Position numbers and translations under genes: made by a program. The notes below the pieces were generated by a model. It searched no databases. It was not told the DNA's origin and worked only from the letters and a program-made list of their open reading frames with translations. A stretch of DNA of 64,000 nucleotides from positions 2,176,001 through 2,240,000 of the forward strand of contig CAXXLX010000001.1 of assembly GCA_963665235.2 (NCBI GenBank), read 5' to 3'. Origin of the DNA: Candidatus Poribacteria bacterium. Its GTDB lineage: Bacteria > Poribacteria > WGA-4E > WGA-3G. Of this stretch, positions 9,978-18,004 are shown piece by piece (within the stretch, counting starts at the first letter, position 1; the number at the start of each line of letters is the position of its first letter).

Positions 9978-11351
9978 TTATTCAGAGAGTCGTTTTAAAA
10001 CATTGTGCGTAATTTGTTCAACGACGGCATCTCCGCCAGCCAATCCGTGTGACCAGTCGGTTGTAGCAGCGGTGAAGACTGTTCCGCCTTTTGTATAGAT
10101 TCCCATCGTTGCAGCACCGGTGTGCCCCTGTTCCCAACGTTCATACCATTCGCAATCATCGGGATGCCAACGCACAGGTGCGGTTGCGAGGATTGTGAAC
10201 CCTTCAGGTGTGCCATCTTGATATGTCGGCACAGGTAAACCGTCTTGCAGTGTAAATTCACAGCCATCGCACTCATAGCCGACAACGGTGTTTTGTCCGC
10301 CGAACTTGTCATCCCTTGCTAAGTCTGTGCCTTCAAACACCCAATGTTCCGGACGGTGTGCGGTGTATGCCCCATCTCCATCCATAAATTGTCCGTGGCT
10401 CAAGTGATATCCGCCTTGAAGGAAACCGACCCCGGTCAGTTGATTTTCGGGACGCTCCACCAAATAGTGGCTCCACAAAGTACTCAACGTGCTATGGTCA
10501 TCGGTTTTGTAAATCGGGTCTTGGTTGTAGCTCTGCTTCCAGCAGACGAGTGCGCGTCCTTCGTCTTCAGAACGTACTTGCCAACACACAGCATTTCCAC
10601 TGAAGAAAGCGGCATTTCCACCTTTCGCAATAAATTCCTCAAGATTGTCCCGCATTGGGGCGGACCAGTATTCGTCGTGCCCAAGGCTCAGGACCAGCTT
10701 GTAATGCTCCAACATTTCAGGACGGAACTCAAGGTCACTATTTGCAGCATAATCGAGTACATATCCGTTCTGCTCTGCCCATACAACGAAGGGCAACTCC
10801 CAAGTCCTGAATTGGCTTCCAATAGGTCGGTCAAATGAAACACGTCGCCCTTGCATTCCGTTCTGTCCGTGATACCCGTAAAGACTAAAACCTCCCCAGT
10901 TGGTGTAGGCGTTATAGGTGTTAGTGGAGAGTTGGAACAGCATAGGGGTATTTGCACCAGGTTTAGCGGGGCGCACGATGAAAAATAGGGAACTTTCAGC
11001 GGTGCGATGATTTCTATAGATAGGGTCGCCGCCTCCATCGGAGGTGCGAAGTGTGCCTTCGTAATAACCACTCTGCCAGGTCTCTGGCACTTCAAACGTG
11101 AAGGAAGCGGGCCATCCGCACCCGTGCGATGACGCGTTTCCGGGAATCGGATGTGCAGCGGCTTGCAGGCCCGATTCGTTGAACACAACCTCGCGGGTCG
11201 CGCCTATACGTGCTATCTCAAGCGAGTAGCTTCCTGCGCTCGTTGAGACATTGAACGCAATCTCCTCACCGGGGGCGTAGCTCAGTTGGTGGGTATAGCC
11301 ATCAATATACAAGGGTCTAATACGGTTTTCGGTTTGCGTTAAAGTTGCCAT
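9978..11351 (-). CDS. N,N-dimethylformamidase beta-subunit-like (DUF6605-type) protein
   Basis: TNTYNAYTNWGGFSLY, VSFDRP, GHDEYWS, FFSGN, VGYECD motifs; AGGAGG RBS before ATG 11351. Confidence 0.8.
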   Translation of the reverse strand: MATLTQTENRIRPLYIDGYTHQLSYAPGEEIAFNVSTSAGSYSLEIARIGATREVVFNESGLQAAAHPIPGNASSHGCGWPASFTFEVPETWQSGYYEGTLRTSDGGGDPIYRNHRTAESSLFFIVRPAKPGANTPMLFQLSTNTYNAYTNWGGFSLYGYHGQNGMQGRRVSFDRPIGSQFRTWELPFVVWAEQNGYVLDYAANSDLEFRPEMLEHYKLVLSLGHDEYWSAPMRDNLEEFIAKGGNAAFFSGNAVCWQVRSEDEGRALVCWKQSYNQDPIYKTDDHSTLSTLWSHYLVERPENQLTGVGFLQGGYHLSHGQFMDGDGAYTAHRPEHWVFEGTDLARDDKFGGQNTVVGYECDGCEFTLQDGLPVPTYQDGTPEGFTILATAPVRWHPDDCEWYERWEQGHTGAATMGIYTKGGTVFTAATTDWSHGLAGGDAVVEQITHNVLKRLSE

Positions 11352-11375
11352 AATTTCTCCTCCTTTTGACGTGTA

Positions 11376-11404
11376 GAATATCACTTTCTCACAGAAATGT
11401 CAAG
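11376..11404 (-). promoter_or_regulatory. Sigma70-type promoter for the DMFase-like/sulfatase/WD40/SDR run
   Basis: Minus strand TTGACA-17 nt-TATTCT with TG extension. Confidence 0.6.
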
Positions 11405-11499
11405 GGTGTATAAAATTCCGACACAAAAATTTTTGACATCTTATGCGAATTTGTGCTAAAATAGAAACGGTATGCTGATTAAATCATTAAAATGTATAG

Positions 11500-11680
11500 T
11501 AATACCATTTTTATTAATTATCCTATCATTACCGGTCGTTAGAAATGAAACGGAGAACGGAAGACACAAACTGGAAGTTTATGCTACAAGAACGCACAAA
11601 CTGGAAGTTTATGCTACAAGAACGCACAAACTGGAAGTTTATGCTACAATAAAGAGACATTTCCAATTAGAAATGGTATA
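11500..11680. mobile_element. MITE-like non-autonomous element, copy 1 (three internal REP units)
   Basis: Near-identical to 32946-33062; imperfect terminal inverted repeats ATACCATTTTTA / TAGAAATGGTAT; no coding capacity. Confidence 0.7.
11565..11649. repeat. 3 x 30-bp tandem repeat of a GTAG-type REP palindrome
   Basis: CACAAACTGGAAGTTTATGCTACAA at 11565, 11595 and 11625. The reverse complement reads GTAG then hairpin GCATAAACT-tcc-AGTTTGTGC. Confidence 0.85.
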
Positions 11681-11731
11681 AGGAAAAATTCCAGAGGTTA
11701 CCGATGCTGCGGCACGCCTTGAGAAAACCTC

Positions 11732-11760
11732 TTGACAATAACAGAATTTCAGGTTACAAT
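11732..11760 (+). promoter_or_regulatory. Sigma70-type promoter
   Basis: TTGACA-17 nt-TACAAT upstream of ATG 11824. Confidence 0.65.
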
Positions 11761-11823
11761 ATCTATCGTAGATTTCAGCGTTAATTGGACATTGTGCTCC
11801 CAACACGTCCTAAGGAGGATTTA

Positions 11824-12936
11824 ATGAAAATAGCACCTGCATATCGAGAAATCGTTGATTTTATTGCAGCAGGAACGCCCCCTCAAAATGTAGTGGACTT
11901 TTCTCCCTCTGAAGAGGCCAAGGAACGGGTTGCAGAGCTCATATATCGTGAAAGGACGACGGGGTTAACCTCTGAAGAAACGGCGGAACTCAATCGCTGT
12001 TTGCAAATTGAACATCTGATGCGTCTTGCTAAATCACGCGCGCAGTACTATTTGAAAAATGAGAAGGAAGAGAAAAAAATGAAAACCGAACAAAAACAAA
12101 CAACCCCGCTTTCTCCTGAACAGATGGAACAGTGGGAAAACGATGGGTATTTGCTACTGAAAGACGTTGTGCCAGAATCTTATATCAATGGCGTACGCGA
12201 TAGGTTTGCCCACGTCGTTGATGGCATCATTGACCAACTCAAAGAACAGAAAATCGTTGAAGATGAAGGTGCAGACCTACCATTTGAAACGCGTTTCTGG
12301 GAGGTCGCTGGTGAACATGCCAACCGCTTCGGACGTTCCTGGCGTGGCCAAATTGCAACATCTGAAATTTTTGACCTGCACTACGCTGGTCCGCTCGTAG
12401 ATGCAATTGGGCAACTCACCGGGACAGATGTAATCGGGCACCCTGTCTTCAATGCACGTCCTAAGTTGCCGGGGCAGCAATTGACCGTAGTGCCGTGGCA
12501 CCAAGACAGTGGTTATTTCGGTAAAGTTAGCGAAGAATCGCTCATTCCGACAACATGGATACCGCTTGTGCCGGTAGATGAAACCAACGGGTGCCTACAG
12601 GTAGTTGCAGGCTCACACCGATTAGGTGTCGTTGACCATCACACGGAAAGCCGAGAGGGCAGGTTTCTTGAGGTGATGGACGAGCTTATAGAGGATTCCC
12701 GTATTGTAACCTGTCCTATGGAGATAGGTGATGCGCTGGTGTTCCATAACCTTACACTTCACCGCTCCTTACCGCACACCACAAGCGAGATTATCCGATG
12801 GGCGATTGATATCCGCTATCTCCGGGATGGTGACCATCCGGGCAGCATTTATTGGAAAGACCCCGATTTTAAGTGGGTTATCCGAAGCGAGACGCAACCT
12901 TTGACAACACTGGCGCAATGGCTTGAAATGTGGTAG
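11824..12936 (+). CDS. In-frame read-through of a small ~80-aa antitoxin-like helical protein into a PhyH dioxygenase
   Basis: AAGGAGG RBS and MKIAPAYREIVDFIAAGTPPQNVVDFSPSEEAKERV...EHLMRLAKSRA with no stop before the PhyH ATG at 12079. Confidence 0.6.
   Translation: MKIAPAYREIVDFIAAGTPPQNVVDFSPSEEAKERVAELIYRERTTGLTSEETAELNRCLQIEHLMRLAKSRAQYYLKNEKEEKKMKTEQKQTTPLSPEQMEQWENDGYLLLKDVVPESYINGVRDRFAHVVDGIIDQLKEQKIVEDEGADLPFETRFWEVAGEHANRFGRSWRGQIATSEIFDLHYAGPLVDAIGQLTGTDVIGHPVFNARPKLPGQQLTVVPWHQDSGYFGKVSEESLIPTTWIPLVPVDETNGCLQVVAGSHRLGVVDHHTESREGRFLEVMDELIEDSRIVTCPMEIGDALVFHNLTLHRSLPHTTSEIIRWAIDIRYLRDGDHPGSIYWKDPDFKWVIRSETQPLTTLAQWLEMW
12079..12936 (+). CDS. Phytanoyl-CoA dioxygenase (PhyH) family protein
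   Basis: WENDGYLLL, PWHQD (HxD), NGCLQVVAGSH, FHNLTLHRS, RWAIDIRY; own AGGA RBS. Confidence 0.88.
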   Translation: MKTEQKQTTPLSPEQMEQWENDGYLLLKDVVPESYINGVRDRFAHVVDGIIDQLKEQKIVEDEGADLPFETRFWEVAGEHANRFGRSWRGQIATSEIFDLHYAGPLVDAIGQLTGTDVIGHPVFNARPKLPGQQLTVVPWHQDSGYFGKVSEESLIPTTWIPLVPVDETNGCLQVVAGSHRLGVVDHHTESREGRFLEVMDELIEDSRIVTCPMEIGDALVFHNLTLHRSLPHTTSEIIRWAIDIRYLRDGDHPGSIYWKDPDFKWVIRSETQPLTTLAQWLEMW

Positions 12937-13076
12937 TAACAGGACTCCCGCGTTTTTCTTAAGAATAGAGTTTACGCACTCCTCCCTGCCCCCTGCTCGG
13001 GAAAGAATACGTGGGGTTGGGGGGATAAACGGAGGTAAAACCCTTATCTGCGTCCGTTTTGAAGGACAAAACTTAT

Positions 13077-14090
13077 ATGCAACGTGTGCCTTTCCAAACC
13101 TTATGTGATGAATTTTATCGTGTGTTAGCTGCTGTTGATTTCGATGGCGCACAGGCGAAATTATGTGCGACACTATTTGCCGAGAATCAACGGGATGGCG
13201 TTTATTCACACGGGCTCAATCGCTTTCCTGGGTTTGTCGCTGGCTTGGAAAGTAAACGGATTAATTTCCGGGCACAACCGGAAAAAATAGAAAGTTTCGG
13301 TGCATTAGAACGGTGGGATGGCAAAATGGGGGTAGGTCTCGTCAACGCGCACATATCTATGCAACGGGCAGCGGCCCTTGCCGACACATACAGCATCGGA
13401 TGTGTAGGACTTTCGAACACAAATCACTGGATGCGGGGCGGAGCTTACGCACTCCAAGCCGCAGAGGCGGGTTATATCGGCATCTGCTGGACAAATACGA
13501 CCCGCCTTATGCCGCCCTGGGGGTCCGCTGAAAAAAAGATTGGCAACAACCCGATGGCAATTGCTGTTCCAAGAAAAGCGGGGCACATCCTGCTGGATAT
13601 GGCGATGAGTCAATATTCAAACGGAAAATTAGAGGTGCTCACGCGGCAAGGAAAACAGCTGCCGCTACCAGGTGGATATGACACGGATGGAAATCTAACG
13701 GTCGAGCCGGCGGAAATCCTAAATTCCAGGAGAGCTCTCCCCATCGGTTATTGGAAAGGCTCCGGTTTAGCACTTGTGCTCGACACAATGGCTGCCGTTA
13801 TATCGGGGGGACAAGCCACGCATGAGATTGGACAGCAGCACTCGGAATATGCGGTCTCACAGGTCTTCATCGCAATTAACGCCATAGAAATGATGGGCGA
13901 AGCAGCACTGGACGAGACGGTTGCAGCGATTATAGACGATTTTCGGACAGCTACGCCCCTGGATGAAAACGAAAAAGTGCGGTACCCGGGAGAGGGTATG
14001 TTGCGGATACGACGGGAAAGTCTCGAGAAGGGTGTTCTCGTAGACGAAACACAGTGGCAAGCTTTGCTAGGGATGCATAAAAATGACTAA
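13077..14090 (+). CDS. yiaK: 3-dehydro-L-gulonate 2-dehydrogenase (2,3-diketo-L-gulonate reductase), Ldh_2 family
   Basis: DGVYSHGLNRFP, NTNHWMRGG, ICWTN..MPPWG, IGNNP, LDMAMSQYS, PIGYWKGSG are YiaK/DlgD signatures. Confidence 0.88.
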   Translation: MQRVPFQTLCDEFYRVLAAVDFDGAQAKLCATLFAENQRDGVYSHGLNRFPGFVAGLESKRINFRAQPEKIESFGALERWDGKMGVGLVNAHISMQRAAALADTYSIGCVGLSNTNHWMRGGAYALQAAEAGYIGICWTNTTRLMPPWGSAEKKIGNNPMAIAVPRKAGHILLDMAMSQYSNGKLEVLTRQGKQLPLPGGYDTDGNLTVEPAEILNSRRALPIGYWKGSGLALVLDTMAAVISGGQATHEIGQQHSEYAVSQVFIAINAIEMMGEAALDETVAAIIDDFRTATPLDENEKVRYPGEGMLRIRRESLEKGVLVDETQWQALLGMHKND

Positions 14091-14101
14091 GGAGATAATT
14101 C

Positions 14102-15205
14102 ATGGCACTACGCGCGGGGCTTGTCGGTTGTGGCGGGATTAGTCGAAGTCATGCGGCAGCGTACTCAAATTTAGGGGATATTGCGCTCGTCGCGGTATGC
14201 GATATAAACCGTGATGCACTGAATAATCGTGCCGATGAACACGGTGTTTCAAATCGCTATACCGACTACGAGACGATGTTTACGCGCGAGGCATTAGATA
14301 TTGTAAGCGTGTGTACGCACGCTCCGCTACATGCGCCGATAGCGATTGCAGCAGCCCAAGCGGGTATTCATGTCTTATGTGAAAAACCGTTAGCTGTCGA
14401 TGTAGAGGCCGCTGATCGGATGCTTGCGGCATGTCAAGCAGCGGGTGTCCATTTGGCGGTCAGTCATCAGTTCCGATTTACCCCGCTCTTTCGGCATGCG
14501 AAATCGCAAATTGATGCAGGTAAAATTGGCAAACTCCGCTCAATTCGCGAAGTCGGCAAAGGCCGTGAAGCAGGATTTGAGTTGATGGAAATGGGGGTCC
14601 ACTATTTTGACGAGATGGATTTTTTCCTAGATGGCATCTCCTGGATCCAAGCGCATATCACCTATCAGGGACACGACGTGACAGCAGCAGATATTATGCA
14701 CAGTAGTGAACTGTGTAAAACCGATAGACGTGATAACGGCCTCGTTGCAGGAGATACGATGCTTGTACATATCGGGGGTGCAAGCGGAGCTTACGGGATT
14801 ATAGAACTTTATTGCCGCAAACATAGACACGGCTGGATGATGGGCCCACATCTGCTCGGCTCGGAGGGACAATTAATGATAAAACCGAACCCGAACACCG
14901 GTATAGACGAGATGTGGTACTGCCCCTTCGATGTTTCTTTTGCGGCACATACTCCCACCTGGGAACAGATAGAATTGGACGTATCAGCGTTCCAAATCTC
15001 TGGAAAAACGTGGCGGTCTCGCCACACTATCTGGAGTGCAAAAAATATGCGAGACGCAATTCTTAACGGAAATCAACCTGAACTTGGCGGCCACAATGCC
15101 CTGACATCGCTTGAGTGTGTGAGTGCGACATACACCTCCCATTTCAGTGGAAAAAAGGTACAACTGCCGTTAAGGGAGCGGAGTCATCCGCTTGCAATTT
15201 CGTAG
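14102..15205 (+). CDS. Gfo/Idh/MocA family oxidoreductase
   Basis: GLVGCGGI Rossmann motif, HVLCEKP, EMGVHYFD. Confidence 0.9.
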   Translation: MALRAGLVGCGGISRSHAAAYSNLGDIALVAVCDINRDALNNRADEHGVSNRYTDYETMFTREALDIVSVCTHAPLHAPIAIAAAQAGIHVLCEKPLAVDVEAADRMLAACQAAGVHLAVSHQFRFTPLFRHAKSQIDAGKIGKLRSIREVGKGREAGFELMEMGVHYFDEMDFFLDGISWIQAHITYQGHDVTAADIMHSSELCKTDRRDNGLVAGDTMLVHIGGASGAYGIIELYCRKHRHGWMMGPHLLGSEGQLMIKPNPNTGIDEMWYCPFDVSFAAHTPTWEQIELDVSAFQISGKTWRSRHTIWSAKNMRDAILNGNQPELGGHNALTSLECVSATYTSHFSGKKVQLPLRERSHPLAIS

Positions 15206-15222
15206 CAAGTAAGGAGAATTAC

Positions 15223-16071
15223 ATGAAATTGGCTTTCTTTAACGATTACCGACTTGGAGTCATAAAAGCAGATGGAATTGTTGACCTCAGCGATGCCGTG
15301 AGCGATATTTCATATCGGACACCGCAAGAACTGATGACATTGGTGATTGAAGACTTCGATAACCTGCGTTCAACATTCGCGGATGCGGCTGAAAATGGCG
15401 AGGCTATCGCTTTGGAGCGTGTGAGCTTCAAACCCCCGCTGCCGCGACCGGGACAACTCGTCTGCCTTGCAGGAAATTATATTGAACCGGATAGTCCAAC
15501 TCGTGGGGATTTCAATGCGTTCTTGAAATCACCAACCGGCACTGTTGCCACAGAAGAGACAGTGACATTGCCGGAAGCAGACGTAACCGTGTTTCATTTC
15601 GAACCGGAGTTGGCAATTGTCATCGGCAAAACAGCGAAGCATCTCACTGAAGAGAACGCTCTTGACTGTGTGTTCGGATACACACAATTTATCGACGTGT
15701 CCGCGCGGGGTTTGCCCGGCGGATTCTTTTTAGGAAAAAGCTGGCACACGTTTGCTCCGATGGGGCCCGCGCTTGTAACGGCTGATGAGGTCCCCGACGC
15801 GAACGCACTCGGCGTACAGCTCTGGATTAATAATCGGCTGCAACACGACTTCTCCACAAATTCTATGGCACGTTTCATCGCGGAACTCCTATCGGAGGTA
15901 ACCAACGTTTTAACGTTAGAGCCGGGCGATGTCGTTTCCACAGGGACGCATCACGAAGCTCTCACTGCAGTCGGAGACGGGGACACGGTAAGGTTGGCAA
16001 TAGAAGGTTTCGGCCCGGCGTTGACAGTTAACGTCAAAGACCCGTTAGAGCGTACAGCGTGGCGCGGTTAG
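15223..16071 (+). CDS. Fumarylacetoacetate hydrolase family protein
   Basis: CLAGNY, FLKSP, HFEPELAIVIGK, DVSAR, GKSW.TFAPMGP, LEPGDVVSTGT; AAGGAG RBS before 15223. Confidence 0.9.
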   Translation: MKLAFFNDYRLGVIKADGIVDLSDAVSDISYRTPQELMTLVIEDFDNLRSTFADAAENGEAIALERVSFKPPLPRPGQLVCLAGNYIEPDSPTRGDFNAFLKSPTGTVATEETVTLPEADVTVFHFEPELAIVIGKTAKHLTEENALDCVFGYTQFIDVSARGLPGGFFLGKSWHTFAPMGPALVTADEVPDANALGVQLWINNRLQHDFSTNSMARFIAELLSEVTNVLTLEPGDVVSTGTHHEALTAVGDGDTVRLAIEGFGPALTVNVKDPLERTAWRG

Positions 16072-16121
16072 TGGAAGAAAAACAGGGGGCACCTCAAAAT
16101 TTCAACCGCGCAAAAAAAATG

Positions 16122-16151
16122 TTGACAATTGTATGAATTTGTGGGTATAAT
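16122..16151 (+). promoter_or_regulatory. Sigma70-type promoter
   Basis: TTGACA-18 nt-TATAAT. Confidence 0.65.
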
Positions 16152-16226
16152 TAGTTAGGAGAATTTAGAGCCTTCTCTCGCAGCCACAAAATCTTAAAAT
16201 CCGAGATACGGAAGGAGATTGATTTA

Positions 16227-17153
16227 ATGCAAAAACCGAGAAATATAGCTGTGTTTGTCGTCCTCGCGATTGCCTTCGCATGGATGGCAGGTTGTGGCGG
16301 TTGTAATCCAGAACCGGTCCTCACTGGGATGACCCCCCTGGAGGGGCCCGAAACCGGCGGCACAACTGTCCAGATTACCGGCGAAAAATTTGATATGAAG
16401 AAAAGTGTTACCGTAACGTTCGGCGGAGAAAACGCCACAAGCGTGACGGTGCCAAGCAAAACGCAAATTACGGCGGTTACGCCAGCAGGAAAAGCGGGTG
16501 AATCGGTCGCTGTCGTTGTTACCAACAATAGCAAACCTGAAGTACCTGTTACCCTTTCACAACAATTTACCTATACCGATGCAACGCCACCAACAGTGAC
16601 GATGACCGAGCCCACCGATGGCACAGTCATAGCCGAATACGAAGACTCGTTGAATGTACGCGATAGCCTGTCGGTTACGTTCAGTGAACCCATAGATGCA
16701 AATAGTGTCTCAATCAACGTAGCGGTTGCTAAAACGGAGGACTCCTTGAGCGAACCGGCAGCAGCTACACTTACCGGCACCGTAAGCGGTGCGGGAGATT
16801 CTGTGACGTTTACATCGGATATGCCGATGCGTTGCGGCCGCATATACACTGTTACCGTTTCGGGAGCCAAGGATATGGCGGGCAATGCCCTCGCTGCTGA
16901 GTACACCTTCAGTTTTAGCGTGACAAGTCCAGAACCGGTCTATAAATACTATGTCCAAGAAGAGGATATTGCGGAAGGAAACGGGGAGGCAGCCCTGAAG
17001 TACATCGCTGCACGGCCCGAAATCTTCGATAATCCGGAGATGTGGGAACGTTTGGTTGCCGCAAATCAGGACTATTATGTCTTCAACCGCAAGAAGTTGC
17101 TTGTGGACCAACTGTTGTTAGTTCCGAGAGGGCCTGCTTGGGGCGATAAATAA
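16227..17153 (+). CDS. Lipoprotein with IPT/TIG domain, Ig-like (Big_5) domain and C-terminal LysM-like domain
   Basis: Lipobox MAGC; P.EGPETGGTTVQITGEKF (IPT); DATPPTV...FSEPID...YTVTVSGAKDMAGN (Big_5); YYVQEED...IAARPEIFDN..MW..LV.AN...L.V.Q.L.VP (LysM-like). Confidence 0.82.
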   Translation: MQKPRNIAVFVVLAIAFAWMAGCGGCNPEPVLTGMTPLEGPETGGTTVQITGEKFDMKKSVTVTFGGENATSVTVPSKTQITAVTPAGKAGESVAVVVTNNSKPEVPVTLSQQFTYTDATPPTVTMTEPTDGTVIAEYEDSLNVRDSLSVTFSEPIDANSVSINVAVAKTEDSLSEPAAATLTGTVSGAGDSVTFTSDMPMRCGRIYTVTVSGAKDMAGNALAAEYTFSFSVTSPEPVYKYYVQEEDIAEGNGEAALKYIAARPEIFDNPEMWERLVAANQDYYVFNRKKLLVDQLLLVPRGPAWGDK

Positions 17154-17172
17154 TTAAAATTTTACCACTCTT

Positions 17173-17214
17173 CCGCTAAGGTTTCCCCATGCTTCAGCTT
17201 GGGGATGTAAGCGG
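17173..17214. mobile_element. IS200/IS605-like end hairpin remnant
   Basis: CCGCT..TCCCCATGCTTCAGCTTGGGGA..AGCGG hairpin resembling IS605 subterminal palindromes; no tnpA/tnpB nearby. Confidence 0.4.
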
Positions 17215-17282
17215 CGTAAGGTGTGAAGGCAAAATAAATTTGACTTTCCATCTAAAATGTGGTTTAATTATCTAAGAATAAG

Positions 17283-17316
17283 AAAGTCGTGTAACTGCTA
17301 CACGGCTTTTTTGTTT
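17283..17316 (+). terminator. Rho-independent terminator
   Basis: Stem AAAGTCGTGTA/TACACGGCTTT followed by TTTGTTT. Confidence 0.6.
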
Positions 17317-17468
17317 GCAATGTTTGCAAGATAGGTGTGCCTTTTAACAGCACCGTAGGCACTAATTTAGTAGGTTGGGTGGCCCTTAAAAAAGAAAAAA
17401 CGGATTGAAGGTAAAAAAATGTTAAAACCAATCCGTTCTTTCTTATAGGTTAGATGATGTAAGAAGTA

Positions 17469-17783
17469 TTAGGTACCACCGTTGTCCGTGTTAGCATCAT
17501 CAGTGTCTGTGCCAGCATCATCGGTGTCCGTGTTAGCATCATCGGTATCCGTGTTAGTATCATCGGTATCCGTACCAGTGTCGGTATCCGCGTCAGTAGT
17601 GTCGGTGCCCGTGTCAGCATCATCGGTGTCCGTCCCAGTGTCGGTATCCGTGTCAGTAGTGTCGGTGTCCGTACCCATGTCGGTACCCGTCACCGTTTCT
17701 AACGGATTTTGTACACGCTCGCACGCCATGAAAGCGATAGAACTGATTAAAACAACAAGTAGAATTATCTGAAATTTTAGCAT
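17469..17783 (-). CDS. Small lipoprotein with Asp/Thr-rich low-complexity repeat tail
   Basis: Lipobox FMAC; AAGGAG RBS; tail of TDTDD/ADTDT repeats. Confidence 0.75.
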   Translation of the reverse strand: MLKFQIILLVVLISSIAFMACERVQNPLETVTGTDMGTDTDTTDTDTDTGTDTDDADTGTDTTDADTDTGTDTDDTNTDTDDANTDTDDAGTDTDDANTDNGGT

Positions 17784-18004
17784 TATTAATGCTCCTTATC
17801 TATAGAATTCTAAGGAAAAAATTATGAAGAAGGGTTAATCTATTCGTAGATTTGAGACTTTAAAGCGAAAAAGTCCGTTCACTTTAGATTGTGCCTCTTC
17901 AGATTTATATACTACACAACTTCACTTAAAATAATACCATATTTTGTTTTAATTTTCAAAAAAAATTACTCGGGTGGAAGGGTGGAAAAAAGAAAATATC
18001 AAAA

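Noticed and set aside
11565-11649. CRISPR array
   Set aside because: Units are directly tandem (only 5-nt identical linkers), there are no unique spacers and no cas genes.
11472-11681. 69-aa protein-coding gene
   Set aside because: Coincides with the MITE and its REP repeats; no clear RBS; not called as a CDS.
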